From: an uncultured virus (IMG/VR IMGVR_UViG_3300044712_001838) | Lineage: Duplodnaviria; Heunggongvirae; Uroviricota; Caudoviricetes | DNA: 64,000 bases | IMG/VR virus record: IMGVR_UViG_3300044712_001838 | Strand: one strand, 5' to 3' | Part shown: piece by piece, positions 55,760 to 63,507 of the stretch | How the letters are laid out: every line of letters begins with the position of its first letter | Numbering within the stretch: the first letter of the stretch is position 1 | Program-made: the position numbers and the translations under genes | The notes under the pieces: generated by a model | Database searches by the model: none | Seen by the model: the letters and a program-made list of their open reading frames with translations, nothing else | What the model was told of the DNA's origin: nothing

Positions 55760-56287
55760 ATGCCCCAAACGAAATATACGGTCAAAGTTCTGAAGACCTT
55801 CCGAGGACGGGAGGGCGAGGGATTTAACGCAACGTTGCTCCGCGACGGCGTCCCCGTTGCCGACGTTGACGACGAGGCATCCGGCGGCGGTTTCCATTAC
55901 AATTGGCGCGACTGGAACAAGACCCCGCGAACGTTCGAGCGCGACTTCCGCGCCTTCATCGATGCGCTGCCGCCCGAGAAGATCGGCGCGGATGCGCCGG
56001 AATGGGAGAAATCCCTGTACCCGAACGGCGAGCGCAAGGTCGAAGCTGACTGCTTCATCGATGATTTGGTCAACGAATACCAGATCGCCAAGAGCATCAA
56101 GCGCGCTTGCAGTAAGAAAATCTGCTTCGTTCTCAAGACGCATAAGAAAGGCGAGTACGGTACGTTCAAGGTCGTCTTCTCGCCAGCGGCGAAGGCGCAG
56201 ATCCTCCAGAAGTACCCCGACGCGCAGATCCTCAACGAGCATGCGGACAATCCGGCGAAGCTCATGGAACTGCTGAAGCTCGGATAA
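55760..56287 (+). CDS. hypothetical protein (array gene)
   Basis: Motif plus AAGGAGG RBS. Confidence 0.8.
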   Translation: MPQTKYTVKVLKTFRGREGEGFNATLLRDGVPVADVDDEASGGGFHYNWRDWNKTPRTFERDFRAFIDALPPEKIGADAPEWEKSLYPNGERKVEADCFIDDLVNEYQIAKSIKRACSKKICFVLKTHKKGEYGTFKVVFSPAAKAQILQKYPDAQILNEHADNPAKLMELLKLG

Positions 56288-56303
56288 ATTTCGCAAAATT
56301 CAC

Positions 56304-56332
56304 TTGCTTTTCGGAAACCGCTCCTGTACTAT
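56304..56332 (+). promoter_or_regulatory. sigma70-like promoter
   Basis: TTGCTT-N17-TACTAT in front of a non-coding structured region. Confidence 0.55.
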
Positions 56333-56338
56333 ATGTTC

Positions 56339-56516
56339 TCTTAAGTACGGGAGCCGTTCCCCAAAGTAGAACGGCTGGTCGACAGGGCGTACAAATGGTG
56401 CCGATCCCTACAATGATCGGAGAACATTGGGAGGCGCAAAGTCCGACAACTGCGATTAAATACCGCGCCTTCCATCGAACCGCCCTTAGCTACCCCGCTA
56501 GGGGCGGTTTCGTTTG
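56339..56516 (+). ncRNA. candidate multi-hairpin ncRNA (~175 nt)
   Basis: AGCCGTTC/GAACGGCT, CCGATC/GATCGG, GGAGGCGC/GCGCCTTCC, terminal AACCGCCC/GGGCGGTT plus T-rich tail. Confidence 0.6.
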
Positions 56517-56676
56517 CGTCGCCTGATTGACCAGGCTGCGCCGCCCGGCAGCCGTTCGAGCGAGCAAGTGTCATGAGAGAAATGACACTAACGCCGACCG
56601 GGTTGACTCCGGCGTGGTCCGCCTTGACTCCGCCAAAAACGCCGTTAGGCTTGCGTTAGGAGCAGGCGGATAAAGC

Positions 56677-57024
56677 ATGGATACGAAAAACCACCTTTGG
56701 GAGCAAGAGTTTGGGGCGGAATACGCTATCCCCCAAGAGATCCTTGACCTCCATGCAGCCGACAAACTGTTTGATTACTCTTGGCATAATGACATTCGAC
56801 CTTCGTTCGGTCGCAACAACGAAAAGGGAGAGGTTCGCCTTTGGGTCGATCATCCCGACCCGAAAGAGCGCGAGGTAGGACCAGACGGAAAACGCTTCTC
56901 TGTCGTCTTCTATCCGGATGAGGGCGGCGCGGATACGGCGATTGACACCGACCGAGTCATCGAGGCAATCGAAGTCTTCAGAGTCGAAATCCTGCGCCGA
57001 CTCGGCATCGATTGGAACTCTTAG
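56677..57024 (+). CDS. hypothetical protein (leaderless array gene)
   Basis: ATG at +21; DYSWHND..PSF; stop inside next motif. Confidence 0.75.
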   Translation: MDTKNHLWEQEFGAEYAIPQEILDLHAADKLFDYSWHNDIRPSFGRNNEKGEVRLWVDHPDPKEREVGPDGKRFSVVFYPDEGGADTAIDTDRVIEAIEVFRVEILRRLGIDWNS

Positions 57025-57052
57025 GCTTCTGTTAGGAGCAGGCGACTCTACC

Positions 57053-57271
57053 ATGAGCAAACCAACCGCAAAACCCGACTTTGAAGTTAACGACATGGGG
57101 ACAGTCGTTTCCATCACCCCCATGAACAAGGACGCCCAAAAGCATCTGATGGGCAACGTCAAGACGGAATCATGGCAATGGATGGGACCGTCGCTGTGCG
57201 TCGACCATCGCTATGCCGAACCAATCATCGCCAACGTCCAAGAAGAAGGCTTCACAGTTTCGCAAGGTTAG
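57053..57271 (+). CDS. hypothetical protein (leaderless array gene)
   Basis: ATG at +21. Confidence 0.75.
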   Translation: MSKPTAKPDFEVNDMGTVVSITPMNKDAQKHLMGNVKTESWQWMGPSLCVDHRYAEPIIANVQEEGFTVSQG

Positions 57272-57280
57272 GGGAACAAC

Positions 57281-57514
57281 ATGAAAACCAGACAGATCGA
57301 AATGCTCCGGTGTTGGGGCGACCATACATGGGATACCGACTTTACGGAAATCCCCGCTAACACTCCCGAAGGCGACATCGACCGCGTCGCCATCGACGGG
57401 CATACGTCCGAGATTTTCAAGGCAAACCCCAAACGGGACCTTGTGCAGACAACGGTGTACCATATCCCCGAGATCGAAGAGGAAGAGCCTGTCGGCTTGC
57501 TTGGAGCGAATTAG
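57281..57514 (+). CDS. hypothetical protein
   Basis: AGGGG RBS; stop inside next motif. Confidence 0.7.
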   Translation: MKTRQIEMLRCWGDHTWDTDFTEIPANTPEGDIDRVAIDGHTSEIFKANPKRDLVQTTVYHIPEIEEEEPVGLLGAN

Positions 57515-57555
57515 GCTCCCGTTAGGAGCAGGCGCGTAAAGCAGGAGGAAGAACG

Positions 57556-58281
57556 ATGCGAATTTATGACAAGGGTCGCCCGACTGAGGGCTGGATGTTC
57601 GGGGAACTGGTCTCCAAGCTGGAAGACATGGCTGTCGGGGACATCCTGATCAAAATCTGCCACCAGTTCAAGGCTCAGAATTTAATCAAGATCGTTCCTC
57701 TGCCCAAAGATCATCCCGCGCCGGAAGGCATTCGCTATTGCGTATACGTCAAGCCAGACGGGACGCCGACTGGCGAGCCGGAAATGTGCATTCATGAATG
57801 GGAGCCGCATGACGGCTGCAACCTCGACGGGAAGCACTTTTTCCGGGCTATCCGTATTTCCAAAGCCCGCCAGGCTCGCGAACATCGCCTTCTGCCCAAT
57901 GGCATGACCCCTCGTTGGATGCACATTTACGACAATGGCGGCGAGTCTGCCGACCGCTTCACAGTCGTCTTTACGGGGCGTTACGCGTCGCGCGAGCGGC
58001 AATGCGACTACATCGGCATGGGTGCCGGACCCTTCCACCCTCAAGGTGTCTGCCAGCATGGACAGGCGGACCGTGTCATTGACTACCCGAGTTACGGACA
58101 TCTCGGCAAGAAGATCAGCTTCCATGAACTGAACGAGGACTGCCAAATCGTCGCCCTCCGGGATTACCTGTACCTTTGGGATCTCGTTGACTGCCCCGCT
58201 GGCGATAACAATGTCGCCTACTTTGTCGGGCAAATGAAGATCAAGGCGAAGTTTGCACTTGCGAAGGAGGTTCCGGTCTGA
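57556..58281 (+). CDS. hypothetical two-domain protein (array gene)
   Basis: Motif plus AGGAGG RBS; IYDNGG..ADRFTVV...HLGKKI. Confidence 0.8.
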   Translation: MRIYDKGRPTEGWMFGELVSKLEDMAVGDILIKICHQFKAQNLIKIVPLPKDHPAPEGIRYCVYVKPDGTPTGEPEMCIHEWEPHDGCNLDGKHFFRAIRISKARQAREHRLLPNGMTPRWMHIYDNGGESADRFTVVFTGRYASRERQCDYIGMGAGPFHPQGVCQHGQADRVIDYPSYGHLGKKISFHELNEDCQIVALRDYLYLWDLVDCPAGDNNVAYFVGQMKIKAKFALAKEVPV

Positions 58282-58754
58282 TGGACCTACGGGCGGTTAA
58301 ATCTCTCGCAAGACAGTTAATGAATCTGCATGGCTTACAGGCATGGGAGTTCGCATTCGACCATGCCTTCCGGCGATTCGGATGCTGTCATTACAGGAAG
58401 CAAAAGATAACACTTTCGCGCCGACTCGCCAGCCTGAACAACGAGAACCAGGTCAAAGACACAATTCTCCATGAGATTGCCCACGCAATAACCTTCCTCA
58501 AAGACAACCAACGCGGGCATGGGCGGCATTGGCGGGCGCGATGCAGGGAAGTCGGCTGCAATCCGCAACGCTGCTACAATAGCGACACGGTTGCTGCCCC
58601 AAAGAGCAAATGGTCATTAGTCTGCCCCAAATGCGGTCATACGGTTACCCGACACCGAATCCGCAAGAAACTCGCTTGCTCCCGCTGCTGCAACACCTAC
58701 TCAGGCGGTAAGTGGGATGCCAGGTTCGTTTTCGTGAAAACGCCGAACCGATAA
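58281..58754 (+). CDS. SprT-like zinc metalloprotease domain protein
   Basis: RFGCC...ITLS, DTILHEIAHA, GHGRHW, C-terminal CPKC...CSRC. Confidence 0.88.
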   Translation: MDLRAVKSLARQLMNLHGLQAWEFAFDHAFRRFGCCHYRKQKITLSRRLASLNNENQVKDTILHEIAHAITFLKDNQRGHGRHWRARCREVGCNPQRCYNSDTVAAPKSKWSLVCPKCGHTVTRHRIRKKLACSRCCNTYSGGKWDARFVFVKTPNR

Positions 58755-58832
58755 AACGCCGACCAAGAGTGCAACGCCTATTAGGACTCCGTTAGGAGCA
58801 GGCGACTCTGTTGGGACAAGGAGACATAAGAC

Positions 58833-59312
58833 ATGTGCTGCTGCGGAAAACCGACAATGAATGGCGAACGTGGGTACAAATGGCAACCCGACGATGAGCC
58901 AAGCATCTATCCCATCAACCCGCCGGCGGTTGCGGAAGGCGATGTCGTGCTCTACGACGAGCCCGGACGCTGCGGGGGGCTTGACGCTCATAGCCATCAT
59001 TACCGCGTCGTCAAGCACTACAGTAGCATTTTTCTCTACGTCCAGCATGGCGGGGGGAAGGAAGAGTTCCGCCTCAGTACGACGCCTGCCTTCATGGCAA
59101 TGCTTGCCGCGCTTGACACCAATGCCCGCTACTGGATGCTGAGTCTCATCTATCACGCCCATTCAGACGGCGAGCGCAAGGGAAGCGGCGAAACGCAAGA
59201 TCGCTGGTCGCGGGCGGCTGCTGAAAAGCGAATCAAGACCCGCAAGTACCGCAACAGCAACGATGTCAAAGTCTGGATCGAAGATCCGCCCGTCGCCTGC
59301 AAGGCGGTTTAG
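58833..59312 (+). CDS. hypothetical protein (array gene)
   Basis: Motif plus AAGGAG RBS; stop inside next motif. Confidence 0.75.
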   Translation: MCCCGKPTMNGERGYKWQPDDEPSIYPINPPAVAEGDVVLYDEPGRCGGLDAHSHHYRVVKHYSSIFLYVQHGGGKEEFRLSTTPAFMAMLAALDTNARYWMLSLIYHAHSDGERKGSGETQDRWSRAAAEKRIKTRKYRNSNDVKVWIEDPPVACKAV

Positions 59313-59340
59313 GACTCCGTTAGGAGCAGGCGACAGTAGC

Positions 59341-59567
59341 GAAGGAGGAAACAGCATGCGTTACATGGGTAACGCGCTGTAATGTTTTCCGCCCCGCAAG
59401 GGGTTCTTCTCCAGAAGCCTAGTGCTGAGTCGAGAAGAGTAGGACAGACGGATTACGGGGACGGATCGGAATCTTCCGGCAATCGCAGACCCCCTCTATC
59501 CCCGTCGCCTGCGGACGCATGACGAATTAGCGGCTCTACCCTTGGGGCAAACTCAAGGAGAGCAGAC
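59341..59567 (+). ncRNA. structured 5' leader with 8-codon micro-ORF
   Basis: Starts at inferred +1; GGAGG-led MRYMGNAL* (59356-59382) inside a GCGTTAC/GTAACGC hairpin; further stems TCTTCTC/GAGAAGA, ACGGGGA/TCCCCGT, CCTTG/CAAGG. Confidence 0.5.
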
Positions 59568-60543
59568 ATGAAGCGCAAATGGCAGTTCTTTGTTAACACT
59601 TGGATCGGCGCCAATACGTACGGCATTCGGTTCAATGGTGCCCGCCGCAACGGCAAAGGTCGCTGGCTCACAGGCGACGAATTGCCCGAGAAGGTTCGCA
59701 AGTTCTTCTGCATCGAAAAGCAGACATCGTCTTGGACCATGCCCGACTACAAGACGCTGCAAGAGTTGCGGGAGAAGGCGCATAACTGTACCTTCCAGAA
59801 GCGCAACCCCTGCTACGGATGGTGCGCGATTGACGAACCGAAGTTGACACTCCCTCCCAAGATCGAAGTTGACCTTGCTAAGCTGCGGGAAACCCTTCGC
59901 GAGATGAACGAGGGGCGCAACATGAAACGCTACGGTAAGGAATGGGTGGGCAGATTCTTTTGCGGCGAAAGAGAATTTCTGCTGACGCCCGCGACGAAAA
60001 AATGGGTCAAGACCCATCGTTGCACTTGCGGGAAGCGGCATCGGGTAACGTGGAAAGAAGAAGACCGCTGCTATGGCGGATGCTTCGATATCCTCTCATT
60101 CGGTTGGAAGGACGCAGACCTTGACCCTGAAGGTTGCACCGGAATCGACAAGCTTCTCGATATCCAGGGAAAGCGCGTCGCCTTCCAGGTCAGTGGTCAC
60201 AAAGTCCTCTGCGATCCGACGTACGAGTTCGAGTACCAGTTCTTCGTACTCCGAGGTTGCTCACTCCATCGTCTGCGACTGCGGGTGCGACGGCAGTTGG
60301 GAAGGCGACGACTGGTGTCTATCCTTTACTGAGATCCTGATGGTTCCGGTCGTTCACAAGAACAACGTCGTTGACTACGAGAAGACGGCAAAACGCATCA
60401 TTGCTGCAAGTTGTAAGGCAATCAAGCCTTACGAGCAGATGTGGAGCGACGCTTCGGAGAATATGAACAACCTGTATAAAGAACTTTATGAGAAGTATAA
60501 GAAACTTTCTGACGAAGGCAAGTTGCCCGAGACTGAGGATTAG
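59568..60543 (+). CDS. hypothetical protein apparently split by a +1 frameshift near 60240
   Basis: Frame 59568-60332 turns Arg-rich after EYQF; overlapping frame continues SYSEVAHSIVCDCGC and stops inside the next motif. Confidence 0.6.
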
Positions 60544-60585
60544 GGTTCTATTAGGAGCAGGCGACCATATCGAAAGGGGAACGAC

Positions 60586-60996
60586 ATGAAGACTGCATTG
60601 ATCCTTTTGGTCCTGGTCGCCTGCTTTGACGGATATGCGTACGAGAAGTACGTGACCCCTCCCGAGGAACAGGCGCGGTGGGATAACCAACCGAACCCGC
60701 TCGATACGATCATCGAAGGCAATGACGCCAAGAAGCGGGCAGAAGCCGCCAAGAACGGTCTCTGGCTGCCGACAATGGCACATTGCGCGGTCGGCGGAGC
60801 GACGCTGCTCTACATCGGCATCTTTTGGGGCATCATCCCGCTGTTCTGTATGCTGATGACGCGATGGACGGGGCTGTTCGGACTCGTTTTTCTGGTTTGT
60901 TGGGTCGTCTTCGCAGTCAACCGGATTGACGAGTTCCTATGCCTGTTCGTCGTCCTGCCCTTCATGGGTCTCCGGACAATGTTCGGAAAACGTTAA
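60586..60996 (+). CDS. membrane protein with signal peptide
   Basis: Motif plus AGGGG RBS; N-terminal signal and three TM segments. Confidence 0.75.
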   Translation: MKTALILLVLVACFDGYAYEKYVTPPEEQARWDNQPNPLDTIIEGNDAKKRAEAAKNGLWLPTMAHCAVGGATLLYIGIFWGIIPLFCMLMTRWTGLFGLVFLVCWVVFAVNRIDEFLCLFVVLPFMGLRTMFGKR

Positions 60997-61065
60997 TTTT
61001 CTGAAAAATTCCTCAAGTCGCGAGGCAAGAATGACGATTCTGAGAAGCAAAGGAGGCAACAACTG

Positions 61066-61461
61066 ATGCTTTTCAACGTTATTCTTCGCTTCGATGGCAC
61101 TGCCAACGTCCCATATCCCCCATGGGCGGAACTAGAAGGCGTCGAAGGCGTCGAAGGCATCGCTGAGCCAACCGAGAGAACCTTCTCGGCAATCCTTGAC
61201 AAGACGGAGTTGGCGATGCTGCTCCACCAGTATCGCCTTCTCCGGCTTGAAAAGAAGCTAACCCAATGGTCCATTAAACTCTCTTGCGCCTTTCCCGATC
61301 TCAAAATCGAAGCGTTCGTTACCCCGTTCTTCGCAGACAAGGACGGTCGGCGCTTGACTGACCGGAACTGGCGACGGGTCCGGCGAGCGTTCGAGCGCTT
61401 CGTTACATCGATCGCCGTCGAGTTCATCCAAGAGCAACTCATCTCCAAAGCCCAGGCTTGA
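61066..61461 (+). CDS. hypothetical protein
   Basis: AAGGAGG RBS. Confidence 0.75.
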   Translation: MLFNVILRFDGTANVPYPPWAELEGVEGVEGIAEPTERTFSAILDKTELAMLLHQYRLLRLEKKLTQWSIKLSCAFPDLKIEAFVTPFFADKDGRRLTDRNWRRVRRAFERFVTSIAVEFIQEQLISKAQA

Positions 61462-61486
61462 TCTCATCTTCATAAGTCCAAGTGCG

Positions 61487-61512
61487 AAGCCGCCCTCGAA
61501 GGCGGCTTTTTT
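61487..61512 (+). terminator. intrinsic terminator
   Basis: AAGCCGCC-N6-GGCGGCTT plus T-run. Confidence 0.8.
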
Positions 61513-61749
61513 GTTAAAAAAAGTGGTGAGATGAGTGGTGAGATCCTGGTGACCGGGTGGTGATCTCATCTTCTCCGGTGTCATGTTGATTGTAGCACCG
61601 GAACAACCTGATAGGCTGCCGGGCGGCGCAGTTCTACATAGTCGACCGAGCAGGCGGCGTCCGGCATTAGGCTTTTATTAGGAGCAGGCGACCTTTCCGT
61701 GCGCAATGGAGCGCAAAGAGATTTCAACCCCATACGGAGGAAAGCCAAG

Positions 61750-62073
61750 ATGTCCAGCACGAAGAAGCCCGCCGCAAAGAAGTCCAAGGTCGTCGAGAGT
61801 CTGGAACTCTCTCAGCCCCAGCAGGAGTTGCTCGCCCAGGCTGGCTCGGGCGCCAAGCTCGAAGCTTGGAAGGGCGAGGACAAGAAGTTCATCGTCTTCT
61901 GCGGGGCGCGCAAGTTCGAGCACGGCACGTTCAACCAGATTGCCAAGAAGGGTCTGGTCGAGAAGGCGCAGGTTCGCGCGCCGAAGCGCGGTTGGACCTA
62001 CCGCCTGTCCGCCAAGGGCGCGCAGATCGTCTCCAAGTACATCAACGCGGTTCCGTCGCCTGTAAACGCCTAG
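61750..62073 (+). CDS. basic winged-helix-like protein
   Basis: GGAGG RBS; TFNQIAKKGLVEK...YRLSAKG. Confidence 0.65.
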   Translation: MSSTKKPAAKKSKVVESLELSQPQQELLAQAGSGAKLEAWKGEDKKFIVFCGARKFEHGTFNQIAKKGLVEKAQVRAPKRGWTYRLSAKGAQIVSKYINAVPSPVNA

Positions 62074-62091
62074 CGGCGTCGGGGGCGGTCA

Positions 62092-62131
62092 GAGGGGGCG
62101 GCTCGCGGGAGCCGCTCCCTCATTCTTCTTT
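62092..62131 (+). terminator. intrinsic terminator candidate
   Basis: GAGGGGGCGGCTC/GAGCCGCTCCCTC then ATTCTTCTTT. Confidence 0.55.
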
Positions 62132-62143
62132 GGGAGACAAGCT

Positions 62144-62470
62144 ATGAAATGCCCCAAATGCGGTTGCGAAATTGACACCGAGGACGAGCACAAGTACGAG
62201 CCGTCCAAGGACCAAATTGCGGACTTGCCGCCTTCGATCAAACAGCGATTCCTTCCCTACGACTCATGTACGCCTGCCGGAAAGCCGTACAAGGCTCCGC
62301 CGCGCTTCCTTCAGTACTCAGACGACCATCTCAACGATTGGAACTTTACGCATCCGATCAAAGCCGAAGAGGACGGCTCCGTCTGGATGGTTCGGACATA
62401 CAGCCCTACCTTCAACTCCAAGCGAAACTGCGGCGGCTACGACGTTATCTACTGCCGCAAAACCAAGTAA
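62144..62470 (+). CDS. hypothetical protein
   Basis: GGGAG RBS; MKCPKCG. Confidence 0.7.
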   Translation: MKCPKCGCEIDTEDEHKYEPSKDQIADLPPSIKQRFLPYDSCTPAGKPYKAPPRFLQYSDDHLNDWNFTHPIKAEEDGSVWMVRTYSPTFNSKRNCGGYDVIYCRKTK

Positions 62471-62517
62471 GTGTCAAAAACGCCGTTAGGACTCTGTTAG
62501 GAGCAGGCGAAGAAACC

Positions 62518-62724
62518 ATGAACAGAAACGCGAACCCTCAACTGCTGAATCTCTTGCGCATGGGTTGCAAGGTTGAATTCCCTACCGGAGCATGGCTTCG
62601 GGGAGACAAGGGCTACATCAAAGTCGGCAGCGAGCAACGCGGAGAACTTGGTGCTTGGTCTCTTGACCGCGAGGGGCTTCGCAACGCCATGTCCGACAAG
62701 GACTTGTGGGCAGGTAACGATTGA
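62518..62724 (+). CDS. hypothetical protein (leaderless array gene)
   Basis: ATG at +21. Confidence 0.7.
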   Translation: MNRNANPQLLNLLRMGCKVEFPTGAWLRGDKGYIKVGSEQRGELGAWSLDREGLRNAMSDKDLWAGND

Positions 62725-62731
62725 GGAAGCC

Positions 62732-62932
62732 ATGAAAAACCCGAATTGCGACAACATCCATTGCACCAAAGCCAACGGGGAAGTCCGCTTGCTGCCGACC
62801 GGAGGCGACGGCAATATGATCGTCTGCCGTTCCTGTTACGAGCACGAAATGGCGTTCCGCCGCTCGTTCAGCAAGAGAGGGGTTAAACCCGATCTCCCGA
62901 GTTGGGAGTCGCTCAAAGTCTACGAAGGGTAA
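62732..62932 (+). CDS. small Cys-containing protein
   Basis: GAGG RBS; NPNCD..HC...CRSC. Confidence 0.7.
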   Translation: MKNPNCDNIHCTKANGEVRLLPTGGDGNMIVCRSCYEHEMAFRRSFSKRGVKPDLPSWESLKVYEG

Positions 62933-62978
62933 CAGTGCAACACTTATTAGGCTTCCGTTAGGAGCAGACGAGATAAAC

Positions 62979-63359
62979 ATGATCAAGGTTCAATACTCGC
63001 TGGCAGACCTGTCGTCTGCTGGACCGCAGATTGAGAATGCATGCTTGAAGTCGGGCATGAGTATTGAAGAGGTCCCTGGCGGTTTGATTGCCCTACCAGG
63101 GAAAGGAACGAGTCAGTTTCCGCTGGTGCAAGGGGAGAGATGGGTCAATGTGTCAACTTCCATCGAATCCTACCTCTTCCTTGCCCGCTACTTGGCAATC
63201 ATGTCCGTTCTCGACGTCGCCTGCAAGCTTGGCGTCCTTGAGGACATCCTTGACGAAGGGGGGTTCTGGCGAAAAAGGGATCTGGACGCGCTGGTCGCTT
63301 TCAAAGAGACCTTGCAAAGTGTTCCAGATCCGCGAGAAACACGCCCGTTCATGTCGTAG
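62979..63359 (+). CDS. hypothetical protein (leaderless array gene)
   Basis: ATG at +21. Confidence 0.7.
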   Translation: MIKVQYSLADLSSAGPQIENACLKSGMSIEEVPGGLIALPGKGTSQFPLVQGERWVNVSTSIESYLFLARYLAIMSVLDVACKLGVLEDILDEGGFWRKRDLDALVAFKETLQSVPDPRETRPFMS

Positions 63360-63405
63360 AAGTTGTGCCGGAAAAGAAAATCCACGAAAAAGCACGTTTT
63401 CCGGC

Positions 63406-63434
63406 TTGACATTGTTTGTGTCGTATGGTAATGT
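63406..63434 (+). promoter_or_regulatory. sigma70-like promoter
   Basis: TTGACA-N17-TAATGT with TGn extension, preceded by GCCGGAAAA/TTTTCCGGC inverted repeat. Confidence 0.65.
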
Positions 63435-63507
63435 GCAAGTGTTGCAGTTGGGAAAACAAACGAGCCTTTTGGCTCATAACGCCGCCTAGAGCGGAGGGAG
63501 AAAAGCA

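Larger units (their letters stand above)
38311..62971 (+). promoter_or_regulatory. about 41 plus-strand copies of the TTAGG-N6-TTAGGAGCAGGCGAC motif (putative phage promoter)
   Basis: First-box positions about 38324, 38965, 39626, 40227, 40472, 41157, 41606, 41913, 42488, 43015, 43538, 44174, 44479, 45459, 46248, 46893, 47406, 48151, 49080, 49456, 50295, 50603, 50922, 51441, 52059, 53126, 53524, 53895, 54373, 54716, 54937, 55706, 56645, 57021, 57511, 58781, 59309, 60540, 61667, 62486, 62947. Confidence 0.92.

Noticed and set aside
33421..62971. CRISPR array interpretation of the repeated motif
   Set aside because: Intervals are about 200-1300 bp and contain whole genes; the repeat has a variable internal spacer and is not palindromic; no cas genes in the window.
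38311..62971. Integron cassette array (GTTAGGC matches the GTTRRRY core)
   Set aside because: No inverse core RYYYAAC or attC-type palindrome at gene ends, no integrase in the window, and the fixed offset to ATG/YR fits a promoter better. Site-specific recombination is not fully excluded.
38335..62971. The AGGAG in the motif is simply the Shine-Dalgarno (start-associated sequence)
   Set aside because: It lies 14 nt from the ATG in the fixed-offset class, and most other copies have a separate RBS downstream. Only 54727-54742 has RBS-like spacing.
33421..62971. TTAGG telomeric repeat
   Set aside because: Only two spaced units per site, not tandem arrays; prokaryotic gene organisation.
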